Source of the DNA: Obrimoposthia wandeli
Taxonomy: Eukaryota
Assembly (NCBI GenBank): GCA_977020255.1
Contig: CDROCS010006332.1
Coordinates: 1-64,000, forward strand
Direction of reading: 5' to 3'
DNA: 64,000 bases
This document shows positions 22,520 to 32,400 of this stretch, piece by piece; within the stretch, counting starts at the first letter, position 1; every line of letters starts with the position of its first letter. The position numbers and the translations under genes are program-made. The notes below the pieces were generated by a model, which did not search any database, was not told the origin of the DNA, and saw nothing but the letters and a program-made list of their open reading frames with translations.

Positions 22520-22783
22520 TTATGTACGTGTCGCAGCTATAATACTATTGATAATTGAAGCAACAACTGGAATAACAGCCCCTATGAAACCACCATTCTG
22601 TTTAAGAATAATATTTCGTTTCCTTTTTTTACTTTTTACATTAGCAATATCTAGAAGAGTTTTTCTATATTTCTTTAATATATTTTTCCGATTTCCAACT
22701 TTTACTCGACCCAAAACTATATTATACAAAACTTCCAATAAATCATCTACAACAAAGGATGGAAATGCTTTAAGAATAATCAT
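22520..22783 (-). CDS. Small conserved Polinton/adintovirus-type protein ending in QNGGF plus a hydrophobic helix
   Basis: Intact 87-aa basic ORF between ATPase and integrase: LKQNGGFIGAVIPVVASII. Confidence 0.7.
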   Translation of the reverse strand: MIILKAFPSFVVDDLLEVLYNIVLGRVKVGNRKNILKKYRKTLLDIANVKSKKRKRNIILKQNGGFIGAVIPVVASIINSIIAATRT

Positions 22784-22888
22784 TCTCTTATTAATTTTTT
22801 CACTTCTTTTTTCTTAATGATTCTTTTTTTTGATTTCTTAGATTTTACTTTACGTTTTACTATCAACTTTGTAAAAGGCATCGCGAAT

Positions 22889-23553
22889 TTATTTTTTATA
22901 ATTGTTCTCTATTTGTTTATAAACAGTTACTCCATTAGAATTAAATATGTATGTTAAAACACGTAAATCATCTGTGCAAGCTTGTGTAAAGTCAATAAAT
23001 ATATACCCATGTGCTTGTTTAGCAGCATCGTGGAATGAATCAACTAGAAAGTTCTTATCTTGAGGAAATGCCTGTCTGGCCACAAAATCAACAACTGTTT
23101 GATCTCAAGGATTTTTCAATAAAACTAAGTAATGTACATTAAGATTTCTAGTTCTATGGTGACCTCCTTGGTGAAAAAAATTTTGAGTGATAAATATAAC
23201 TGTTACTTCACGATGTCTTGCAATCTTCGTAAATAAATTATTAAAGTCTGATTCCTTGTTAGCTTCCTGATACAAATCATCAATTATTATTACATCTTCT
23301 TTTTTCAATCTTTCACACCAATTTGCATCAAATCCTTCAATAAATTGTATTCTCTTCAACTTGCAAACTTCTGTTTTGGTTAACCCGCTTTCCCCTCCTC
23401 ACCCATGATGCCAATAAATATTTTTGAAACTAGATTTGAAAATATATTCGTTTAACAACAATTTACATACGAAATGTGTGTTTCCACTTCCACTGAGACC
23501 AACTATTTGAAAGACAGCATTATTATTTAACTCCATTACAGATATATTTTCAT
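22889..23553 (-). pseudogene. ATP: A32/FtsK-like genome-packaging ATPase
   Basis: Walker A GLSGSGNT, Walker B VIIIDD, ARH, ITQN, LARQ and GYIFID motifs; one TGA and one frameshift. Confidence 0.92.
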
Positions 23554-23565
23554 TTTTAATATTGT

Positions 23566-23850
23566 TTATATTATCATAGAAGTTTTCTTATTGAAATGTA
23601 CAATGTTAGAGCTATTGTAGATGAAATACAAAAATTAATTAATGAATATTTGGCTATAATTTTATTTATTTGTGTACTATTTCTAAATTCTCGAATAACG
23701 TGTTATCTAACCAATATTTCAATGTTATCTCTTGTTATATCATTATTTTTTAATTCTGATAAAATTTCTTTACCCCTTATTTTTCCAGAAAATATTTTGT
23801 CGGCAAGACGATCCACTTCATTGTCTATATTTATAGTATTATTCATTTGA
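23566..23850 (-). pseudogene. Accessory gene 6, copy C
   Basis: Homologous to 3023-3310, with a premature stop. Confidence 0.6.
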
Positions 23851-23874
23851 TACAATAAGTTTAAAAGGGTTTGT

Positions 23875-24371
23875 TTATAGAAATGATAACAAGATGTAAT
23901 AAGATATATTTTCTAAAATCAAATCAACAATGTCTGGATAATCAAAATTTTTCAATCCCAATATCATAACTTTATCACTGGAAAATATATTTACACATAG
24001 CGGTTTAAACTTCAAATAACTGAGAGCAGGAAAATTTTCTGGTTCAAACATGCATTCTTCTTTCATTTTCTCTGCAGTTTTAAAAAGATTTATCTGTTTC
24101 CCGAGATTAGCCGAAATCGTGATTGATTGTATTGCAGTGATTCGAATTCCAAACGGTAAATTGAACCCAAGCATTGGTATTTTGCATCCCATAACACGAC
24201 AATTTCCTAAAAGAATTCAATATGAAAATAAAAAAACTAACCTGTAGGAAAAATAACAACTGTAAAATTGTCAAACTTTTCCCCATATTGTCTCGGCTTC
24301 CATTCATTGAATGGCAAGTACGAAACATCATCTTCTGTTCTAGCTTTATAATTTATACTTACAAGTTTCAT
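23875..24371 (-). CDS. TATA-binding-protein-like protein, 153 aa, two exons, intact
   Basis: Exon 1 24371-24242, 35-nt intron 24241-24207, exon 2 24206-23875. Repeat 1 VVIFPTGNCRVMG and repeat 2 FEPENFPALSY...CVNIFSSDKVMILG parallel TBP ALIFSSGKMVCTG and YEPELFPGLIY...LLIFVSGKVVLTG. Confidence 0.8.
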
Positions 24372-24399
24372 TAGGCTAAAATTGTATTCTATAAAATCT

Positions 24400-24592
24400 T
24401 CTTTATATATGTCTGAACCTGCTTTTTTATTGCACGTTTCTTGTAATTATCTTGCAAACCTAATATAATTGGATGATATATTTCTTCCAATCAATTTTGA
24501 TTTTTAATATAGATTTAGTCCAATCAAATTCAATGCTTTAGTTATATTAACCAATGAGATTCATGTTTTTTGTTAGAAATTAGTATAAAAGA
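24400..24592. promoter_or_regulatory. Divergent promoter region between the TBP-like gene and gene 7
   Basis: TATATAAAG on - at 24409-24401; CCAATGAGA at 24551 and TATAAAAG at 24584 on +; several more CCAAT boxes between them. Confidence 0.55.
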
Positions 24593-24651
24593 ATGCACCA
24601 TTGGAAGACAAATCACAGTGAATGCATTCATATCAAAGACAATTATTAACG

Positions 24652-25096
24652 ATGGACGATAGCCAACGGGTATTAAGCGGTGACGAAGATTTGGAAATGT
24701 TTGAAGAATCGAATAAGGATATGTATGAAGAAGTGAAACAATAATTCAAATACAAAGTCAGATTCTTGAAGAAGAATTGCTTTAGTAAATCCTGTGACAA
24801 TTGAAAGAAGAAAGTTCAGCTCCTATCTATCAGGTATTCAAAAACCTGATTTTCAATATCTTAAACAGAAAGTTGAAAAGGCAGTTCCGAATTTTACTTT
24901 CAATAAGAACGAATTTTATATCCGTGGACCCGATAAAGTATTTCTAAATGACTATGGAAGATATGTTGATATTGATGCATTTCTGAAAAAGAAGCAATGA
25001 ACTGTAACAATTCGACTTTATGGTTACAAGAAAGATGAAATGGGGACAAAGTTGCTTATATGGAAAATTGAACGTGCTCATAACTCTATGTTTTAA
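24652..25096 (+). pseudogene. Accessory gene 7 (acidic N-terminus, unknown function)
   Basis: MDDSQRVLSGDEDLEMFEE... and NKNEFYIRGPDKVFLND...TIRLYGYKK; homologs at 4107 and 8063. Confidence 0.55.
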
Positions 25097-25242
25097 CTTT
25101 TGTGTGTAATAAATTGTAATCGGTTTTGCTATGTTTCTTTCATTTAATAATCAGTTTTATTTTTTAAATATTTGTATCTTATATGTATCTTATATGTATT
25201 TTTTTATAAACATTGTTTTTTAATCAGTTTCCTTATTTTAGA

Positions 25243-25647
25243 ATGGATAAGAGATGTGTAGCAAATTTTTATTATCCAGAAAGAATTTCAAAAGGAAAAC
25301 TATGTAATATATTAAAGAGGCATCAAATTACATGAGTTATGATTCCTGTGAAAATATCAAAAGTTGAGAATAAATATCTCATCGAAATTTTAACAACATC
25401 TGATATTGATCAATTGAAAAATATTTTGGGATTTTACATTCCTGATTATGTATATGAAGAAAATTGTTTCCAGCTTGAAACTTATCCCAGTCTGGATTTT
25501 AAAGATGATCTAGGATATTTGATTACTCCAATTCTATATGAAGAACTATGGAATATCTCAATACGTCTCAATGGATATTTTGCTGATGACGAGAATATGC
25601 AGCCTCTTTGGACTTTGAGTGAAGCCAATATGTTGTTTTATGTTTAA
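25243..25647 (+). pseudogene. Accessory gene 8 (unknown, one frameshift)
   Basis: MDKRCVANFYYPERISKGKL.../ENKYLIEILTTSDID...LWTLSEANMLFYV followed by AATAAA; homolog at 4200-4566. Confidence 0.6.
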
Positions 25648-25726
25648 TAAATATTTTGAAAAATAATTTTGTCTCGTATTTTGTTTTTTCTCCTCTAAAT
25701 TATATAGATCTGACCGATTTTTTATT

Positions 25727-26742
25727 CTACAAACCTCCCCCTAATTGAACGGGAAGACAACTATTTATATTAACAGTTGACACAAACGCAGCTGAGATTG
25801 AAGGTGCTGCTATTGATGATGCTACCGATGTTGAGGCAATCGCAGCTGATGTAGTAGATGCTGCTGAATTAAGTGCTTTCGCAGTTGTAGATGCTGCATT
25901 TGGAGTAGTAGCCGACATTGCCGATAAAGAAGCGGCTGTTGTAAAGGATGATGCTGCTAAAATAAATATATTAAAAAATAAATATATTTTTTAAAATTAT
26001 AACCTCTAAGGCGTGCTAACATCGATGTAGGCACTCGCGATGGGGGAGGCATAGCTGTCGTAGCGGATGACGATTGTATCACGGTATTTCCTGAATAAAA
26101 AATAAAAATAAAATATATATAATTACAATTTTAAAAAATAATAATAAAAAATACCTAATGAAGGCAAAGCAACTAGAGCTGGAATGAAGTCCCCTTCATT
26201 GGTGGAATCCATCCAGCTGTCGTCCGTTATCTCGACGAAATCGGATTCCTCGATGGTCTCCAACAATGAGTTATCGCTCCATTGCTCCATCTCGAAATCT
26301 GACTGGGATATGTCATTCATCCAATCATTGTTAGTCATTTGAGTGGATGGGGCAGAATCAGGAGCCGGGAGAGAAGGACCAATCGCAGGACCGTAAACGG
26401 GTTGATCGACTGCAACTGGAATTGGCGCATGTGCGGCCTGCAAATCGCGCACCAATTGCACGATATCCCTTTTCTTGTTGTTGGCCGTGAAACAGGATAG
26501 ATGAGCTCGATGTTCACCGAAGAAGTCTCGAAACTCCTTCTCTTCCATTGTTCTGCAGAAGGGGCAGACGAAGAAGTGAAGTCCGCGAGACTTTGTCCGA
26601 TAGTAGGCGGACATTATCTCCATGCAGGTCTCTCCTCCATGCGGAGCCAAAGCACCACAATATGCTGGAAACAGGATACAAGTAATCTGAAATAATAAAT
26701 GTTAATAAATAAATAATAAGTATAGATTCTTACCATAGTCAT
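25727..26742 (-). CDS. Accessory gene 4, copy C (RING-like, four exons)
   Basis: Same exon and intron layout as copy B but without the TGA (HGGETC); ends naturally, convergent with gene 8. Confidence 0.6.
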
Positions 26743-26955
26743 TATTTCAAATAGTCGGAGATTTTAATGAAAAAAGTGTTTGTTTATATACTAAAATTTA
26801 TGCACACATGCTCTTTTCCTATTGGATTAAAAAATTGACAAGGATTATTTATATGTTAAATGGTTGAAAAAATAATTTTATTCCTCCAATCAAAAGGCTT
26901 ATTTGTAAATAGTTGTAAAATTTTAATAATGAATTCCTCCAATTAGAAGAATTGT

Positions 26956-27445
26956 TTATCTACATGTCAAGTAATAATAAGAAAGACTTAAACATTTTTT
27001 ATATGCGCAATGGTCACCATGATTACGATATGGACAGCAAATATTTCGTGGAATTTTTAATAGATGATCACGTGAAATATTTAAAGTATTCAATCTCAAT
27101 TTGGGAAAATATTTTTTTAAAGTCTTATACATTTTTGCCATCCATTTCATTTAAAACATAAAAACTTCCATTTTCAATATCAAAATTAGATTTTATTGTA
27201 TCGAAAATACATATTTCACAAAAAGTCTTACGTCCTTCTTTCCATTTTAATAAATGAAAGTAATTAGTTAGATATAAATGAGTAAATTTTTTCTTATAAT
27301 CTAAACTTTTAAACGGGATATCTATTTGAAATATGAAATGCAAAGGATGAAAAACGTTGCATACATCCATAATACACAATTATTTTATAATATAATCACC
27401 ATTTTTGTTAATAAAAGCCTCAAAATCTATGATATATTCCTGCAT
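26956..27445 (-). pseudogene. DEDD/Maelstrom-like nuclease, copy C
   Basis: Nearly identical to copy B, including the same TAA and the same frameshift. Confidence 0.6.
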
Positions 27446-27514
27446 AATTATCTAAATTTGCAGCAAATCTCGTTGTTTATAACGAAAAAATAAAATAACA
27501 AGGTATTCAGGATT

Positions 27515-28940
27515 CAATCCTTCATGTTAAGATTGGTATATATTGTCAATTCTCCTATGAATATTAAAATAAATTATATTAAATGTAAACATACCTAAAT
27601 ATTTCGAAATTAAATTACATAATTTATATCCAACAATTTCCTCAGTATCATTTTCTGAAATTAAATTTTTTTTTATAATCTTCCATTAAATCTGGAGATA
27701 ATTTTATGTATAATTTATTCAAAATTTTATTATACATTTTACAAAAACATTATATATAAAATTGTTTATATTTAGTATTTATAGGTAAAATATTTCTAGA
27801 CAATTTAACCTAATCAATAAAGACAAAAAATTAATCAAAAAATTTAAACTCTTCCGGTTAATAGGATTCTTCTTGCTTGCCTTAATATCCTCCATCTCTT
27901 TTCTTCTGAAGAAAGATTTTCATCCACCTTCTTCTTTTTCATTTCGATCTTCTTAAAACAAGGTTCCACTCCACGATTCGAAACATCGAAGCATGTATGG
28001 ATGATTCCACTCGGTCGCGACAGCAGCATCAGATTCTGATTGAGGACCCTCTTTCTTAGTCCCCTTTCTTCTCATTAATTCTGATTGTTTTTACTTCAAT
28101 TTCGTTACCAGACTCTTCATTGTAAAACCAAGTTTTTTAATTTTCATTGAAAAGGTGCTTGAACCTAATGCAAGATTTTTTTAAGGCTCCAATGTAAAGG
28201 AGATATATGGTTTTATTTATCAAATGAGAGTTTAATAAATCTATAACTTATCATTGCATTTAAACCTAATAAACTTAAAGATAGTTTCATTTAAAACAAA
28301 ATTGTAAAAAAAAAAAAAATATTAAGAAAAAACATATGAAATTAATTTTTATAAATTATATTCTTAAACATCTTTACGAAGTCATCATTGGGATCATCCG
28401 GATCAAAATCCTCCGACTAAGTATTAATGGAAAGCAGGTACTGGTTCATTCTTCTTTGGTCAGCCCGGTTTCCTTTTCGACTTCACCGGTTGTTTTGCAG
28501 CAATTGTCTTTCCTGAGGTTTTGGCAATAGGTGCCGCAACATTTAGAGAGGTGCAGCCGATTTGATGGCCCCGACATAGAAACAGTAGCCTTCCTCTTCC
28601 GCGGAGTTTTCTTCTGTTTCTCCTCCTTCTCACGCTGAAGCTGACCGACATCATGTTGCCCTCGCAAATATGGAAGCATTGGCGGTGCATCAGTTCCGTC
28701 ACCATCTCGATCTAATCTTCATCAAGGTCGTGCTCAGAAATTCAAGTACTTTGGTTGATTTATGGACGAGGAGATGCAAAATCTCCCAAGCAAGTCTGGC
28801 CAATTTCGATGTCTCCTGCATAAATAATCGTTGAATAATATTTTTCTTGGTGGTGAGACTTAATCTCGATTGGGTGAGAATTGGGATCCTCTCGTAAAAT
28901 ATTTTGAATTGGCCCGTCGTCCAAATATTTAATGGAGATT
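27515..28940 (-). pseudogene. Genes 3, 2 and the 3-prime part of gene 1, copy C (indel-rich)
   Basis: Inverted homology to 14160-15611. Confidence 0.75.
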
Positions 28941-29389
28941 TTTTAGCACATGAAACCCATGGCAATGTCCATTTGTCAAATTGAGTTCTTTCACCCATCT
29001 TGATGGGGAAGTTAAAGGAAGTCTGTGAAAGCCTAAAATACACTAGTCACAGACTATACACCAGCCCATCACTTTTCATTGTTTCCTAAGGAAGTCTTCC
29101 TTCTTGATACATTTGTTGTTTGACACGAGTCCTGAGAGATCATTATAGCACCCAAAAGGGGCTGTGATATACTTTTGGTAATATTTGAAATCTTTGTTAG
29201 AGCGTTCTGTGATTTTTGTTGTAATACCACGCCGGGCTTGAAAATACCTAATCATTAAGAACGTTAATTTCCACTGTGGTCTTCATTCACCGAATTTTGA
29301 GATTCGTGGTAAGTGATTTCAAAGTACATTTTTAAAAATAACACATAACATTTTCCCCGATGAGTATGGGTCGTGGTTTCTATGAAGAC

Positions 29390-29486
29390 ACACATCGAAA
29401 TGAGTTCACTCACACACATGGGTTTTAATTTGTCGAATATCTCCCAGTATGAATGTCGGATTAACCGATGACACATCCGACCTACT
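29390..29486 (-). repeat. Degenerate Polinton-type right terminus
   Basis: Reverse complement begins AGTAGGTCGGATGTGT; TTCACTCACACACATGGGTTTTAA lies upstream, as in the other termini. Confidence 0.55.
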
Positions 29487-32400
29487 GACGTACTCGGGAC
29501 AATATCCTTATAAAATGACTGATTTTTTCTTTTAAATGATTTATTAAGTAAATTTTAAGAACAGATTCTTTTATTTTACCTCTGTAATAAAATTATTATG
29601 AATGGAGAATACCGACTGAGATTTTGTCACTCTAATCTAGATACATAATATTGAAGCTTATTATAAAGACCTTTCTGATGACTACATAGAGTTGGTTTCT
29701 TGGTGGTTATTTGTAAATTAAGTAACGTTCTTTACAGCGATATTTAATGCCCTGAAATATTGGCAGAGTGATCGAAATGAAGAAAATGGAGACGCAACAT
29801 CACCGAGCCCACAACGGAGACAGCGGCACCTACGACGAGGCCTAACAATAATTGATGCTTTTATGAATAAAATATTACCAAATTGTTTCTTCATTTATGG
29901 CATCTTACCTTGTTGTGTAGGGATCATGTAGACGTTTCCCACTTTTTCCCACTTCAATGATGATAAATTTTCTCTTAATTGTAAAATATATCACAGTTTT
30001 GGATTAAAGTGAAAATGACCAATTTAGTGTAGTGTAACAAATCGCACAACGATTCCTTTGTAAGCGATTATTTTGGCTCATTAAGCGCCATTTTGTGTTT
30101 GTGACTTACCTTAAGCAGACGCCTAACCCCGGGTTGCATGTATTGAAACTTGTGTTGTGTATCTTTATATAGGAACTTGATAAAAATTACCACAAAGAAA
30201 ATTTTGATAATACATATAGAAAGTTCGGATAAAAAAATCATCCCGTCATCAGACTCTTTCAATTGACTTAAGGTAAAACCTTTATTGATATTTTGAACGT
30301 TTTATTCTTCAATTCAATTCAAATTTACATTACCAGACTGTGATCCAATTGTTCTAAACGGGAATTTCAAACCTTTTAGTTAAGAGTCTTTGTACCTATC
30401 CATAGCTGTATAATATAAATTATTTATAACAATGTATTTACTTATTTCTGAATAAGTTTTGAATATTTACCACAGATTAATGGGTCTAACCGAATCCATG
30501 CTAAATATAAAGATGAGCATTTGAACTTTTTTAAGATTTTGTACTTTTACAAAATATAAATTTTTAAAACACAAGAATCACAAATATTCTTTTCTTATTT
30601 TTGTTATTTATAAAAAATTACAAATATCTGTCAAAACCAAAAAAAGTAAACTAAACATTGTATTTAATTTTGTTTAAATGCTCTAAAATAGTCAAAATTT
30701 AAAACAAAGCTGGATTTGAACGATTTATGTTTTACAATTATATATGGAGATGAAATAAAAAATTAATAAATAAATTTTATGAATATTTTCAAATTGTTGC
30801 GACTACAGATGTTTTAGTTCTTAGGGAGGCCTCTAGCTCGAGAGTTCTGAAGGGGACATGTGTGTAAAGTCTACTCCTATTTTCTCCATAATTTGTGTTA
30901 AGTATGGCTGTCTGCTTCTTCTCTTCTATAGTACATACACTCTCCTCACTCACCTAAGTGCATGACTAACTTATAGTCAGCACGTGAAATTACCTTGGAA
31001 ACGTCAATTAGTCCCAATCCACTGTTCCCTTTTCGGCTTAAATTTTAAGATAAGACTATCATGGGCATGACTATTTTGTAACCGAAAGTCCTGAATCAGG
31101 ACTTGGTGAACTTTTGGATGCTCAATTAGAAATGAATAACTTTTCAACTTTTTTAAAGGGTCTGCCGAAATCAATACGACATTAAAAAATTATATTTATG
31201 ATGATAAAAAACCTAAAATGATAATTTATCAAATAATGATAAATCTACTTTCAAGATTCAAACAAAAGTAAGAGACCTACGAATAAAAGTTTCATTGCTC
31301 TAGAAAAAAGTATAAATAGGTATTGTGAAGTTTTATAGTCGCACTAGGTTGTCGTGTTAGATATAATACATATGGTTAACCTCAAACTTTCACGGTTACT
31401 CTAAGAGAGCGACTTAAATACTGTCCTGGGTCGGCACATATCCTACTAGACTAAAACATATACTGTTTGTCGAGAAGATTAGAATCGAATACATTCGTCC
31501 GGTTTCTAAATTACCATTTCTTGATATAGGATTTGCCAAAAAATTGAATATAGACCACCATTGGCCCAACCGGACTAACTTTACACAACAATAGTTTTGG
31601 GGATATAATTTGTTTAATTATACACAACACACATACACACCATAAAAATATCAGACTTGATAAACGATGTAGGCCAAGAACATCATTAAGATTCACGTTA
31701 GGGCATTCATATGAGGATTCTAGATAAGAAAAAAGTGAAAACCCCAACATATCAAATTTGTGTCCCTAGTGAGATTCACTCAGAATAGCATATTACAGAT
31801 AGAATATATAGAGAAGTTGCAAATAAATTGTTGAATAAGTCAGAAGTCAAAAAGAACAAGAGAATAAGATAAGATAAGCGAATTTAAGATTATTTGATAA
31901 TAAATGAATTTGATAAATAAGGGTTTATTGAGAAGTAAAAAGTGAATCGAATTGAGCATAATTGAGAATAAGATAATTAATAAGTGAAGACCTGAACCAA
32001 GAATTGAATTAAGAATACCTAAGAGGTCGTAAATAAATAAGTTAAGTGATTAAAACATAAAATTTAAGAGAAGTAAAAAGTAAATTGATTTTTTTGTTAA
32101 TATAGTTGAATACAGAATTGCCAAGATAGCGAATAATCAAGAAGAACCTACCTCTAATACTAGAAGACAGAGTCGAGATGAAAACGTTCCTCGTATACAC
32201 AGAGAATTTATAGAAGTATTCCAAGCGGAATTAGTATCTGAAAGAGAAGTTAATCGGTCAGAAGTTTCAACGAGAGTTTTAATTTAATTTTATCGTTTGA
32301 TGGAGTAAAGGAAGGAGAAATTGAAGAAGCGAATTTATGAAAAATTGAAGAAGTTTATTTGAGCAACTTTGAAGAAGATATAATTGAGGCGATTTAAAAT

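Larger units (their letters stand above)
9393..29486. mobile_element. Degenerate, internally rearranged Polinton/Maverick (adintovirus-like endogenous virus), about 20 kb span including inserted or duplicated material
   Basis: pPolB (split), protease, MCP, core protein, penton, integrase and ATPase lie in a contiguous block (17380-23553) that continues into the accessory arm. An AGTAGG-type right terminus is at 29486. The left terminus was not found. Confidence 0.9.

Noticed and set aside
12919-28940. Arms B and C as genuine multi-kb gene-bearing TIRs
   Set aside because: Arm B truncates pPolB mid-gene, no terminus was found upstream of B, and AG-type termini occur elsewhere. A secondary duplication or artefact is more likely.
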